Assembly (NCBI RefSeq): GCF_001457595.1
Contig: NZ_LN831039.1
Span: 5,430,001 to 5,462,000 of the forward strand
Source: Mycolicibacterium smegmatis
GTDB lineage: Bacteria; Actinomycetota; Actinomycetes; Mycobacteriales; Mycobacteriaceae
DNA length: 32,000 nucleotides
Reading direction: 5' to 3'
Positions within the stretch are counted from its first letter, which is position 1, and the number at the start of each line of letters is the position of its first letter. Position numbers and translations under genes: made by a program. A model generated the notes under the pieces. It was not told the DNA's origin. It made no database searches and worked only from the letters and a program-made list of their open reading frames with translations. Positions 8,250 to 17,966 of the stretch are shown here, in pieces.

Positions 8250-9050
8250 GTGGCCAACGTGGATCGTCGACAGATGCTGCTGTTGTCAGGGTTGGGCGCG
8301 ACGGCAGCGGTGCTGCCGGTGCCGCGTGCGGCCGCCGTACCGAACCAGACGGCGGCGTCGTATGTGTTCGCCGACGAGTTCGACGGGCCCGCGGGGTCGG
8401 CACCCAGTGCGGCGAAGTGGACCATCGCGAAGGCCCGCGAGACCATCCAGGATCCGACGTACTGGGAGCAGCCCGGCCGCATCGGCCAGTACCGCAACGA
8501 TCGCCGCAATGTCTTCCTCGACGGCAAGTCCAACCTCGTGATCCGCGCGGCGAAGGACGGCGACACCTACTACAGCGCCAAGCTCGCCAGCGTATGGGAG
8601 GGCGGCGCGGGCCACACCTGGGAGGCCCGCATCAAGTTCAACTGCCTCACCGCGGGCGCCTGGCCGGCGTTCTGGCTGGGCAACACAGGCGAGGGCGAAC
8701 TGGACATCATCGAGTGGTACGGCAACGGCAGCTGGCCCTCGGCCACCACGGTGCATGCGAAATCCAATGGCGGCGAATGGAAGACGCACAACATCGCCGT
8801 CGACAACGGCTGGCACCGGTGGCGCACGCAATGGGACGCCGAGGGTGCCCGCTTCTGGCTGGACTACACCGACGGCGCGCAACCGTACTTCGAGGTCGCC
8901 GCGAGTTCACTGCCCGACTGGCCGTTCGACCAACCGGGTTACACGATGTTCGTGGTGCTCAACCTCGCGGTGGCGGGCTCGGGCGGCGGCGATCCCAGCG
9001 GGGGCACCTACCCGGCCGACATGCTCGTCGACTGGGTGCGCGTCTGGTAG
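8250..9050 (+). CDS. Secreted glycoside hydrolase family 16 protein
   Basis: GTG 8250 gives VANVDRRQMLLLSGLGATAAVLPVPRAAA (Tat-like leader); catalytic ExDxxE as GELDIIEWYG. The longer 7923 start overlaps an antisense gene. Confidence 0.88.
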   Translation: MANVDRRQMLLLSGLGATAAVLPVPRAAAVPNQTAASYVFADEFDGPAGSAPSAAKWTIAKARETIQDPTYWEQPGRIGQYRNDRRNVFLDGKSNLVIRAAKDGDTYYSAKLASVWEGGAGHTWEARIKFNCLTAGAWPAFWLGNTGEGELDIIEWYGNGSWPSATTVHAKSNGGEWKTHNIAVDNGWHRWRTQWDAEGARFWLDYTDGAQPYFEVAASSLPDWPFDQPGYTMFVVLNLAVAGSGGGDPSGGTYPADMLVDWVRVW

Positions 9051-9213
9051 TTCAGCTTCTGAAATCGCGCCGACGGTCGTGATTCGTCGCTCGGCACAGC
9101 CATGTGCGCAATCTCGAAGCCCGGCTCCCCTGTCTCACCCAAGGTGTGGACCTCAACTCCTCAGGCACGCCGGCGGAGGCTTGCTCGTGAAGCAGTTTTG
9201 ACAGAGCCCGATG

Positions 9214-9876
9214 TCAGCGAGGTCGGCCCTGCGGGTTCGCCATACCGGTGATCAACAGGTCGACCACGTTGGTCGCGAGTTCGTTGATCTCGTCGAGGGT
9301 CTGCCCCTCGATCCTGCGGTACCACATGTCGACGGCGTTGAGGTTGCTCAGCAGTGTGCGGGTGGCAAGTGCCTCGTCGACGACGCGTAGGGAACCGTCG
9401 GCGATACCTTCGGCCACCACACGCCGGAACATCAGCTCGTAATCGCGCCGGAGTTCGTTGAGCGCGGCGAGTGCGTCGCGCTGCCGGATCTTCAGCGCGG
9501 TCGAGGCCTGGTAGCGCACGCCTTGATGCACGACGTGGTGGTACCCGAGTTCGGTCATCAGGTTCTCCAGGTGCGCGACCGACATCGCCGCCAGACGCTC
9601 CCGCCCGGTCCCCGCTCCGCCCGCATGCGGTTCGACGCGTTCGCGGACCCGGCGCATACCGTCCTCGTACACGGCCAGGAAGATGTCGAACTTCGACCGG
9701 AAGTGGTAGTAGATCAGGCCCTTGGTGGCCCCCACCTGCTCGGCGATGTCGTCGATGGTGGTGTTGGCGAACCCGTGGACCATGAACGCGTCGGCGGCCG
9801 CATCGAGGATCCGGGTCTTGACGTCGATTTCCAGTTCGGCGCTCGCGCTCACTTCGACTCCCTCTTCCGACCGCAT
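9214..9876 (-). CDS. TetR-family transcriptional regulator
   Basis: ILDAAADAFMVHGFANTTIDDIAEQVGATKGLIYYHFRSKFDIF. Confidence 0.92.
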   Translation of the reverse strand: MRSEEGVEVSASAELEIDVKTRILDAAADAFMVHGFANTTIDDIAEQVGATKGLIYYHFRSKFDIFLAVYEDGMRRVRERVEPHAGGAGTGRERLAAMSVAHLENLMTELGYHHVVHQGVRYQASTALKIRQRDALAALNELRRDYELMFRRVVAEGIADGSLRVVDEALATRTLLSNLNAVDMWYRRIEGQTLDEINELATNVVDLLITGMANPQGRPR

Positions 9877-10050
9877 TGTTGTCCACGCCGTGCCGACGCG
9901 TGGCCGTGTCCGCATGCACGATTGACTTCGATTGTGACGCTCGTTACCGTAATACTCCGTAGTATCCCTGGTGAACGCGGGTATCGCCAACCGCTACCAG
10001 CACCGCCCCCGGCCCGCCCGCCATTCACGTGAACACCCGAAGGGACTCCC

Positions 10051-11373
10051 ATGAGCCTGGACAGCTCACGCGCCGTGCTCTCGTCAGCCGACGAACTGCA
10101 CAAGCGCGCCACCCGCAAGGCCGTGCTGCGACTGCTGCCGGTGATGTGCGTGGTCTACTTCATGGCCTACATCGACCGCACCAACGTCGCGCTCGCCAAG
10201 ACCCATCTGGACACCGACGTGGGCATCAGTGCGGCCGCGTTCGGGTTCGGCGCGGGCATCTTCTTCATCAGCTATGCGTTCCTCGAGGTCCCCAGCAACC
10301 TGGTGATGTACCGCGTGGGGCCGCGACGCTGGATCGCCCGTATCGCCCTGACGTGGGGCGCACTGTCTGCGCTGATGATGTTCGTGCAGGGCGACATGTC
10401 GTTCTACGTCATGCGGTTCCTGCTGGGCGCGGCCGAAGCGGGCCTGTACCCCGCACTGATGTACATGGTCACGTTGTGGTTCGCCCAGAGTTACCGCGCC
10501 ACCGTCGTCGGCTTCATCTACCTCGCGCCGACCATCGCCCTGGTGGTCGGTGGGCCGATGGGTGGGGCCCTGATGGAACTCGACAGCGCCATGGGACTGC
10601 ACGGCTGGCAGTGGATGTTCCTCATCGAGGGGCTCGTCACCATGCTCGTCGGCGTCCTGGTGTGGTTCAAACTGCCCCAATCCCCCACTGAGGCAAAGTG
10701 GTTGACGCCTGACGAGGCACGCATCCTGTCCGAGCGTGCGGCCGGCGCCCACCACGAGACCGTGACACATCTGCGCGGCAACCTCGGCAAGGCCTTCGGC
10801 AGACCCTTCGTCATCGTGGTGGCGCTGATCTACTTCTTCAACCAGATCACCAACGTCGGCATCGTGTTCAACATTCCGGCCATCGTCGAAGACCTCGACA
10901 TCAGTGGATCTTTCGTCATCGGCCTGCTCTCCGGCAGCGCGGGCATCGGCGCGACCATCGGCGTGCTGGTGGTCCCCCGCCTGTTCGCGTGGTATCAGCG
11001 CGAGGCCGCCGCGGTCGGCATCCTCGCGGCCGCAACGCTTGTCACGTCGGTGCTGTTCATGTTGTCCACCAGCGCGTTCGCCCGCATCATCCTCATCGCG
11101 ATCTCGATGATCTTCGTGTTCGGCACCCTGCCGCTGTTCTGGTCGATCGCGATGGCGCGGATGTCCGGGCTCGTGGCGGCCGCGAGCCTGGCGTTCATCA
11201 ACACGATCGGGCTGATCGGCGGGTTCGTCGGGCCGTACCTGTTCGGTCTCGCCGAAACCGCGACGCACAACCCGTCGGCCGGGTTCTACATCGTCATCGT
11301 CTCCTCGGTGATCGGCGTCGCGCTGGCGCCGGTGCTCGCGCACGCGATCCGCCGCGAAGATTCGACCGCCTGA
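10051..11373 (+). CDS. MFS transporter, anion:cation symporter (ACS/4-hydroxyphenylacetate permease-like)
   Basis: VLRLLPVMCVVYFMAYIDRTNVALAK...; about 12 TM segments. Confidence 0.92.
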   Translation: MSLDSSRAVLSSADELHKRATRKAVLRLLPVMCVVYFMAYIDRTNVALAKTHLDTDVGISAAAFGFGAGIFFISYAFLEVPSNLVMYRVGPRRWIARIALTWGALSALMMFVQGDMSFYVMRFLLGAAEAGLYPALMYMVTLWFAQSYRATVVGFIYLAPTIALVVGGPMGGALMELDSAMGLHGWQWMFLIEGLVTMLVGVLVWFKLPQSPTEAKWLTPDEARILSERAAGAHHETVTHLRGNLGKAFGRPFVIVVALIYFFNQITNVGIVFNIPAIVEDLDISGSFVIGLLSGSAGIGATIGVLVVPRLFAWYQREAAAVGILAAATLVTSVLFMLSTSAFARIILIAISMIFVFGTLPLFWSIAMARMSGLVAAASLAFINTIGLIGGFVGPYLFGLAETATHNPSAGFYIVIVSSVIGVALAPVLAHAIRREDSTA

Positions 11374-11392
11374 TTACGGAGAGATCTGCCGC

Positions 11393-12988
11393 ATGCACGG
11401 TTTGATGCAAGACCGACCGCTGAGCCTGCCCCTGCTGATGTCCGGTTTGGACGGCCGGTTCAGCCACAAGACCGTCACGACGAACCATCCGGATGCTCCG
11501 ACCGTGGCGACGTACGGTGCTGTCGCCCAGCGGGTTCGCCGTCTCGCCGGGGTGCTCGACGCGCTCGCGGTCCCCGTGGGCGCGCGGGTCGGCAGCTTCG
11601 GGTGGAACACGCAGCGTCACCTCGAGCTGTACCTGGCGGTGCCCTGCACCAACCGTGTACTGCACACCGTCAACCATCGTCTCTTCGCCGACGACATCGT
11701 GTACATCGTCAACGACGCGGCCGACGACGTGCTGTTCGTCGACCGCTCGCTGCTGGATGTGGTGTGGCCCTTGGTCGGCCGGTTCACCACGGTGCGCCAC
11801 GTGATCGTGATGGACGACGGCAGCGGCCCGCAGATCCCCGACGGTGCGCATGATTACGAACACCTGCTCGCCGAGGCTCGGCCCGTCGCACGTTTCGAGG
11901 TGTCCGACGAACGCACGGCTGCCGCGCTCTGCTACACCTCAGGCACCACGGGTCGCCCCAAGGGCGTGCTGTACGACCATCGTTCGATCGTGTTGCACGC
12001 CATGAGCCTGCTGATGGCCGACGCCTTCGGTATCGGCGAAGCCGACGTGGTGATGCCGATCGTGCCGATGTTCCACGTCAACGCGTGGGGTCTGCCCTAC
12101 GCGGCGGTGATGTCGGGCGCGTCGCTGGTGCTGCCCGGGCCTGCGATGCAGCCAGCATCCCTGGCCGAGTCGCTCGACACCGCGGGTGTGACGTTCGCGG
12201 CCGCGGTGACCACGGTGTGGCGCAACGTGTTACCGCATCTTTCTGGCCGTTCCCTGCCGTCGGTGCGCCGCCTCGTCAGCGGCGGAGGCCCGCTCCCGGA
12301 AAGCCTGTCGCGACGCTATGCCTCGGAGATCGGGGTGCCGCTGTGCAGTTCCTGGGGCATGACGGAGACCAGCCCGCTGGTGTGCAGCGCGCGGATCCCC
12401 ACCGGGCACTCCGGCGACGAGGTCGAAACCCTCTGTCTGCCAGGAGTGTCCATCCCGTTGGTCGAGCTGCGCCTGCAGCGCGACGACGGCTCGTTCGCTC
12501 CCCACGACGGGAAGTCCTCCGGCGAACTGCAGGTTGCGGGCCCGACCATCGCGTCGGGATACTACGGCGCAACCGACGGATCTGCCGCCTTCACCGAGGA
12601 CGGCTGGTTGCGCACGGGCGATGTCGCGACCATCGACGCCCACGGGCTGGTTCGGATCGTCGACCGCATCAAGGACCTCATCAAGTCGGGCGGCGAGTGG
12701 ATCTCCTCGGTCGAACTGGAGAACGCGATCATGACCTGCCCCGCCGTGGCCGAAGCGGCCGTCGTCGGTGCACCGCACGAGCGGTGGGGTGAGCGCCCAC
12801 TGGCGTTCGTCGTTCCCGCCGCCGGTCACGACGCGACGCCGGATCTGGTGCGCGACCACCTGCAACAGCGCGTCGCGCGGTGGTGGATACCCGACGACAT
12901 CGTCATCGTCGACGAGCTTCCCAAGACCGCCACCGGGAAGATCTCGAAACGGGCCCTGCGGCAGAACCTCTGCGCACCCGCAGGCTGA
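11393..12988 (+). CDS. Acyl-CoA synthetase / AMP-dependent ligase
   Basis: AMP-binding motif [19 protein letters not shown]; terminal [14 protein letters not shown]. Confidence 0.95.
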   Translation: MHGLMQDRPLSLPLLMSGLDGRFSHKTVTTNHPDAPTVATYGAVAQRVRRLAGVLDALAVPVGARVGSFGWNTQRHLELYLAVPCTNRVLHTVNHRLFADDIVYIVNDAADDVLFVDRSLLDVVWPLVGRFTTVRHVIVMDDGSGPQIPDGAHDYEHLLAEARPVARFEVSDERTAAALCYTSGTTGRPKGVLYDHRSIVLHAMSLLMADAFGIGEADVVMPIVPMFHVNAWGLPYAAVMSGASLVLPGPAMQPASLAESLDTAGVTFAAAVTTVWRNVLPHLSGRSLPSVRRLVSGGGPLPESLSRRYASEIGVPLCSSWGMTETSPLVCSARIPTGHSGDEVETLCLPGVSIPLVELRLQRDDGSFAPHDGKSSGELQVAGPTIASGYYGATDGSAAFTEDGWLRTGDVATIDAHGLVRIVDRIKDLIKSGGEWISSVELENAIMTCPAVAEAAVVGAPHERWGERPLAFVVPAAGHDATPDLVRDHLQQRVARWWIPDDIVIVDELPKTATGKISKRALRQNLCAPAG

Positions 12989-13025
12989 CTATTCTGGGTC
13001 GGACTCCTGAGGCGAAGGACTGATC

Positions 13026-13634
13026 ATGGACTCCGACACGATCTGGCGACATGTCGACGAACAACGTGGACAGCTCGCAGATCTCCTGGACACCCTCAAG
13101 CCCGAACAGTGGTCGGCGCCGTCGCTGTGCGCGGGCTGGACCGTGCGTGACGTCGCGGTGCACGTCACGCAGGTGAACGTCAGCCGCGGCGAATACGTGC
13201 GCGCCGCGATCAGGTCGAGATTCCGGTTCGACGCCATGATCAGCCGGATGGCCGTGACCGACACCTCCGACCCGGCGACCATCACCGCGCGGTTGCGCGC
13301 CATCGTCGGCGATCGCGGGCGCCCGCCCTTCACCAAAGAGGTCGACCCGCTCATGGATGTCCTGGTCCACACCCAGGACATCTGCGTACCGCTCGGGATC
13401 GAGCATCCGATGCCCGTCGACGCCGCCGTCGCCGTGGCACAACGGTTGTGGGGCATGAAGTTTCCCCTCAACCCCCAGCGCGACCTGCCGGGTTACCGGT
13501 TCGTCGCCACCGATGCCGGCTTCACTGCAGGACCGGAGTGGGGTGCCCTGCGCGAGGCACCCATCCACGACATCGTGCTGATGCTCAGTCGACGGCTCAG
13601 CATTCCGGACTCCGAGCCCGATCCCGACGAGTGA
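13026..13634 (+). CDS. Maleylpyruvate isomerase family mycothiol-dependent (DinB-like) protein
   Basis: LPEQWSAPSLCAGWTVRDVAVHV-type motif and VHTQDICVPLG. Confidence 0.82.
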   Translation: MDSDTIWRHVDEQRGQLADLLDTLKPEQWSAPSLCAGWTVRDVAVHVTQVNVSRGEYVRAAIRSRFRFDAMISRMAVTDTSDPATITARLRAIVGDRGRPPFTKEVDPLMDVLVHTQDICVPLGIEHPMPVDAAVAVAQRLWGMKFPLNPQRDLPGYRFVATDAGFTAGPEWGALREAPIHDIVLMLSRRLSIPDSEPDPDE

Positions 13635-13660
13635 TCTCCCGCGTGATCTCCTGCGCCCAA

Positions 13661-13709
13661 CGTTGGCTTGTGTGCGAACTTTCCGACAAATCTCGCACAC
13701 AAGCCAACG
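13661..13709. repeat. Palindromic element copy 1
   Basis: CGTTGGCTTGTGTGCGA (13661-13677) / TCGCACACAAGCCAACG (13693-13709), 15-nt loop ACTTTCCGACAAATC. Confidence 0.93.
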
Positions 13710-13752
13710 CTCGGCGCGCGTCGCTCAGGTGGAGCTCGTACTTTGTGGCGAA

Positions 13753-13801
13753 CGTTGGCTTGTGTGCGAACTTTCCACCAAATCTCGAACACAAGCCAAC
13801 A
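13753..13801. repeat. Palindromic element copy 2
   Basis: CGTTGGCTTGTGTGCGA / TCGAACACAAGCCAACA with loop ACTTTCCACCAAATC; near-identical to copy 1. Confidence 0.9.
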
Positions 13802-13811
13802 CTCGGCGAGC

Positions 13812-15233
13812 TTACTCGGAGTCGGACTCGGACGCAGACTCGGACTGGGTCTCGTTCTCACTCTTGGCCTTCTTCGGCTTGGCCCGCGGGCCTTTGAGCC
13901 CCTTCGCCAGATCCTTGAGGCCTGACTCGACCTGACTTTTCACATTGTCGAGGCCGTCGCGGATCGCGTCACGATGTTCATGTCGGCGCTCTCGGCGCGT
14001 CTCACGCGGGCTCTTCTTCTTCTCGATGTCGTCCCCGGCGCGGGCCTCGGTGTCTGTGTCGGTATCCGTGTCGGTGGCTGTGGTCTCGTCATCCTTGGTG
14101 ACGACCTCGGTATCGACGTCCTTGGAGACGTCCTTGATCACGACCTTGGCGTCATTCTTGGTGTCGTTCGTGGTGACGCCCTTGGTGTCGGGCTCCTTGA
14201 TGCCCAGCTTCGAGTCACCATCCACGGCGTTGTGGGTGCCGACGTCCTTGGTTTCCGTACTGGTGGTATCTACATCGGTGGTCTCGACGCCGCCGGCAAC
14301 ATCGGCCTCGGGAGTCTCGACCTCCTGCGGAGTCTCGACAGTGCGACGGATCTCGCCGTTGTACAGATACGGGCGCGTGTCGCCGGGCTTGTCGTTGCGC
14401 ACGTACGCCGAATCGATGATGGGACGGAGGATGTTGTCGATCGCGTCGACCCATTGATCCGGCACCCCGATATCCCGGAGGAACTGTGTGAGGGGCAGAT
14501 TCTTGGTCGGAACCAGCATGGTCGTGATGGGTCCGTGGTCGGCGTTTCCCGGAATCGTCTTCACGTTCTCCGGCGGCACATCATTCGGATCGGTAGTGAA
14601 ACTCGGAACCCCGTGGACGTACACGATGCCCAGCAAGGCGTTGGCCGTCGCGAGCAGGTTCCACGGCCGATCAGGCGGATCGGCCCAACCGTCGTACTCG
14701 CCGATCACGATGGTCGTCGGATACGGCGACAGCGCAACACGTTTCACCCGGTAGTTCAGGATCGGGATGAACGTGCCTTCCTTGAAGTACTCGGCGACAC
14801 CGACTTCCGGCGGGGCGATCAGGACGACGCGAACGTCGTCCAGCCGCGGGTTGGGACTGGCGGCGAGTTCCTTGGCGACCCGGGCTGCGACCATCGACCC
14901 CATCGACTCACCGATGATCACGATCTTGCCGTCGGTCTGCTGCACGGCGATCATCGTCTGCTGCACACCGTCGAGAAGCGCCTTGTCGGAGTTGAGCGCG
15001 TCCTGCGAATAGTCGATCAGCAGGGGTTGCCCGTCCTCGTGGAAGTGGATGCCGATCTTCGGGTAGTTCAGGGCGATCAACGGATGGAACGGGTTGATCG
15101 GCTTGAGAACGGTCGCCCCTGGGATCAAGATCGCCTCTTCGGCCCGGCTGGCCACGTCGACCACGGTGCCCGACGCCAGCACCAGTGACGCGGCCGCGAT
15201 CAGAGGAACCAATTGTTTGCGCCAGCTAATCAT
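13812..15233 (-). CDS. Secreted PE-PPE-domain alpha/beta hydrolase with long charged C-terminal tail
   Basis: Signal peptide MISWRKQLVPLIAAASLVLASG...; GATVLKPINPFHPLIALNYPKIG, IVIIGESMGSMVAARVAKEL; tail TDTDTDTDTEARAGDD...SESASESDSE. Confidence 0.82.
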   Translation of the reverse strand: MISWRKQLVPLIAAASLVLASGTVVDVASRAEEAILIPGATVLKPINPFHPLIALNYPKIGIHFHEDGQPLLIDYSQDALNSDKALLDGVQQTMIAVQQTDGKIVIIGESMGSMVAARVAKELAASPNPRLDDVRVVLIAPPEVGVAEYFKEGTFIPILNYRVKRVALSPYPTTIVIGEYDGWADPPDRPWNLLATANALLGIVYVHGVPSFTTDPNDVPPENVKTIPGNADHGPITTMLVPTKNLPLTQFLRDIGVPDQWVDAIDNILRPIIDSAYVRNDKPGDTRPYLYNGEIRRTVETPQEVETPEADVAGGVETTDVDTTSTETKDVGTHNAVDGDSKLGIKEPDTKGVTTNDTKNDAKVVIKDVSKDVDTEVVTKDDETTATDTDTDTDTEARAGDDIEKKKSPRETRRERRHEHRDAIRDGLDNVKSQVESGLKDLAKGLKGPRAKPKKAKSENETQSESASESDSE

Positions 15234-15357
15234 CTTGCGCTCCTCCCCGTGCGTCATCGACGCTCAGAAGCGGAGCTTTACACACCAAAGACGCAGTTCC
15301 GGCGAATTTCGCAAAAATATGCACTTGCGATAAAAACAATCACCGCGCAAACAGATG

Positions 15358-15540
15358 TCAACGACGCAGCGACTGCCCGGCGGCCACCAGAACCGACACC
15401 CCGACGCTCACCGCGAAGATCCCGACCACCAGGTGCCGCGGCCCGTCGTTGATCAGATACACCGACACCTGTAACACCCCGGCGATCAGCGCCAGCAGGC
15501 CGAAGGCCAATCCGGCGATCGCGAGGCGCTTGCGGGTCAC
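15358..15540 (-). CDS. Small two-TM protein
   Basis: MTRKRLAIAGLAFGLLALIAGVLQVSVYLINDGPRHLVVGIFAVSVGVSVLVAAGQSLRR. Confidence 0.6.
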   Translation of the reverse strand: MTRKRLAIAGLAFGLLALIAGVLQVSVYLINDGPRHLVVGIFAVSVGVSVLVAAGQSLRR

Positions 15541-15647
15541 AACCCGAGTCTAGATGCGCTGCGCCATGGGCTTTGCGCACCAAAACCGTGACGAAGAGGG
15601 GCTTTCGATCAGGTGGTTATCGTGGGGTATCGGCGAATGGAGGTCTG

Positions 15648-15959
15648 ATGAGTACCGAGACGCAGCTCGACCGCACCGGTGCTGCCACCATCGTCACCGA
15701 GCATCCCGACCAGTTCAGGATCGCGGTCGACGGTAAGACGGTCGGTGTCGCCGACTATCACGATCGCGACGGCCGCCGGATCTTCCCGCACACCGAGGTG
15801 CTGCCGCAGTATCGCGGCCGCGGACTGGCGACGATCATGATCGCCGAAGCGTTGCGGTCGACCAGGGCGGCCGGCCTGCGGATCGTGCCGACGTGCTGGA
15901 TGGTGGCCGAGTTCATCGACAAGCACCCGGAGTACGCCGACATCACCGACCGCCGCTGA
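15648..15959 (+). CDS. GNAT-like N-acetyltransferase (YjdJ/GTNAT type)
   Basis: HTEVLPQYRGRGLATIMIAEALRSTRAAGLRIVPTCWMVAEFIDKHPEY. Confidence 0.88.
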   Translation: MSTETQLDRTGAATIVTEHPDQFRIAVDGKTVGVADYHDRDGRRIFPHTEVLPQYRGRGLATIMIAEALRSTRAAGLRIVPTCWMVAEFIDKHPEYADITDRR

Positions 15960-15963
15960 GCCG

Positions 15964-16746
15964 CTACGGACGACGGCCCAGCGCGGCCACCATCATGGGG
16001 GTGGTCAGTCGCGCATCTTGCTCGAGTCTGCGACGGACGAACTCCACCTGCTCGGCGGAGATGAGCCCCGCGGCGACGATGTCGTCGCTCAGGCTCTCCA
16101 GGGAGTGCTTGAAGAACGCGAACCCCGGCGCAGTCGAATCGACGATGCGCACCCTCCCCTCGCCCCGAACAGCGACGAAACCCGCGTCCACCAGATCAGC
16201 CACCATCCGACGGCCGTAATTGACCTCCACGCCTGAACGACGCATCAACGTCAGGCACGCCTCGACGGCGTTGACCACCTCGTCGCCGTCGAAGCCTTCG
16301 AACGCGAACGTCGACCAGTTGAAGTCCTCGACCACCAGCCATCCCCCGGGGCGAAGCGCCGCGATCAACCGGTCGAACACCTGCCGCCGGTCGACGAGGT
16401 GCTCCAGAACAAGGCGCGCGTGCACCAGATCGAAGGCCGCCTGCGGCAATTCAGTACGCCGGATGTCGGATTCGACCACCGTGACGGTGTCCGATCGCAG
16501 ATGTTCGACGAATCGGGTGTCGAGGTCGATGGCGGTGACGGTGGCCCCCTGCTCGACCATCCACTCCACCAGCGATCCGCCGCCGGCCCCCAGTTCAAGG
16601 CAGTTCCAGCCGGCGCTCAGGCCGACCTCGGCAAGCAGCGCCTGGCTTCCCGCATCCCACAGCGATTCGATCGCAACCAGCCGTTCTCGTTCCTCGGCAC
16701 CGAATGCGTAGTCGTTGTTGAGCGTCACTATCGGTTGAACGAGCAA
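15964..16746 (-). CDS. Class I SAM-dependent methyltransferase
   Basis: CLELGAGGGSLVEWMVEQGATVTAIDLD motif I. Confidence 0.9.
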   Translation of the reverse strand: MLVQPIVTLNNDYAFGAEERERLVAIESLWDAGSQALLAEVGLSAGWNCLELGAGGGSLVEWMVEQGATVTAIDLDTRFVEHLRSDTVTVVESDIRRTELPQAAFDLVHARLVLEHLVDRRQVFDRLIAALRPGGWLVVEDFNWSTFAFEGFDGDEVVNAVEACLTLMRRSGVEVNYGRRMVADLVDAGFVAVRGEGRVRIVDSTAPGFAFFKHSLESLSDDIVAAGLISAEQVEFVRRRLEQDARLTTPMMVAALGRRP

Positions 16747-16804
16747 TCGGCACGTTCCGTTTCACGAGTTGGTTCAGGAGGGACGTTGACAGCCAACCGC
16801 GGTC

Positions 16805-16818
16805 TGCAATATATTGCA
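16805..16818. promoter_or_regulatory. Candidate operator, perfect 14-bp palindrome between divergent methyltransferases
   Basis: TGCAATATATTGCA, AT-rich in a GC-rich background. Confidence 0.5.
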
Positions 16819-16892
16819 TGTTGCAGTGCGGCCGGACGGTTCGTACCTACCCCGCCAACTGGACGAACCAGCCACCCAACCCTTGGAGAACT

Positions 16893-17918
16893 ATGGCAAC
16901 CCGCTCCATACCGGCCGCACTGCCCGACTACGAACGAATGATGGCCATGCTGACGGGCTTCTGGGTCACCCAGATCGTCCGCGCTGCTGCGGTTTTCAAC
17001 CTTGCCGACCACCTGGCCTCGGGAACCGACACCGCCGTGGCCATCGCCTCAGCAGAGGCCACCGACGTGGACGCGACGCGTCGTCTGCTGCGCGCATGCG
17101 CGACGCTGGGCCTCGTGACATCTGCCGACGGTGAGCATTTCGCCGGCACATCGCTGCTGAGCACTCTTCGGAAAGACGAGCCGAACTCGCTGCGCGGCAT
17201 GGTGTTGTCGCACACCGCACCCGGGCACTGGCTGCCCTGGGGACTTCTGCCCGACGCGATCCGCAGCGGCGAACGACAGATCAAGGCCGCACACGGAACC
17301 GAGACATACTTCGACTACCTGGCCGAGAACCTCGAACAGGCAGGTTATTTCACCGAGGCCATGTCGAATCTGAGTGCGGCCGCGGCGGTCGAGATCGCAA
17401 AGGTCCTCGACACCAGGGGTGTCGACTATGCGCTGGATGTCGGCGGTGCCAATGGCGAGTTGGTTCGCGCGCTGATGCGGGCCAATCCCGAGTTGCGTGG
17501 TGGCGTCTTCGATCTTCCGCATGTGGTGGCCGACGCCGTCGAGGCGGCGCACCGAGACGGCCTACAGGGCCGCTTCACCGCGCGCGGCGGCGACTTCTTC
17601 GAATCCGTCCCGCCCGCAGACCTTTACACGCTCAAGTACATCCTCCACGACTGGGACGACGAGAGCTGTGTACGGATTCTGAAGACCTGCCGCGCCGCGC
17701 TGCAGGACGGCGGACGCATCGTCGTCATCGACCACTTGGTCGGCGATCTGGATGCTGCCGATACGACCACGATGATGGACGTCAACATGCTGGTCATGAC
17801 CGGCGGGCGTGAACGCGATATCGCCGAGTTCGACGCTCTCTTCGCGGCTGCTGGTCTACGTCGCACCAAGGTGGGCCGTGCCGGTCAGTTCGCGATCATC
17901 GAGACCGTCGCGGTCTGA
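16893..17918 (+). CDS. O-methyltransferase (dimerisation HTH plus SAM domain)
   Basis: ALDVGGANGELVRALMRANPELRGGVFDLPHVV; YILHDWDDESCVRIL; ATG 16893 with TTGGAGAA SD. Confidence 0.9.
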   Translation: MATRSIPAALPDYERMMAMLTGFWVTQIVRAAAVFNLADHLASGTDTAVAIASAEATDVDATRRLLRACATLGLVTSADGEHFAGTSLLSTLRKDEPNSLRGMVLSHTAPGHWLPWGLLPDAIRSGERQIKAAHGTETYFDYLAENLEQAGYFTEAMSNLSAAAAVEIAKVLDTRGVDYALDVGGANGELVRALMRANPELRGGVFDLPHVVADAVEAAHRDGLQGRFTARGGDFFESVPPADLYTLKYILHDWDDESCVRILKTCRAALQDGGRIVVIDHLVGDLDAADTTTMMDVNMLVMTGGRERDIAEFDALFAAAGLRRTKVGRAGQFAIIETVAV

Positions 17919-17926
17919 CGACGGAA

Positions 17927-17954
17927 GGCCGCCCTACCCGCAGGTAGGGCGGCC
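17927..17954. terminator. Convergent-junction hairpin, likely terminator
   Basis: GGCCGCCCTACC-CGCA-GGTAGGGCGGCC, perfect 12-bp stem between genes ending 17918(+) and 17967(-). Confidence 0.7.
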
Positions 17955-17966
17955 ACCGCGCGATTG

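Noticed and set aside
10084-11343. 419-aa minus-strand ORF
   Set aside because: Antisense to the well-supported MFS transporter; His/Arg/Asp-rich shadow frame.
13637-13655. Short direct repeats (gtgatctcccgc / gtgatctcctgc)
   Set aside because: Too short to separate from chance next to the palindromic elements.
13974-15188. 404-aa plus-strand ORF
   Set aside because: Antisense to the PE-PPE-domain gene, no domain signature.
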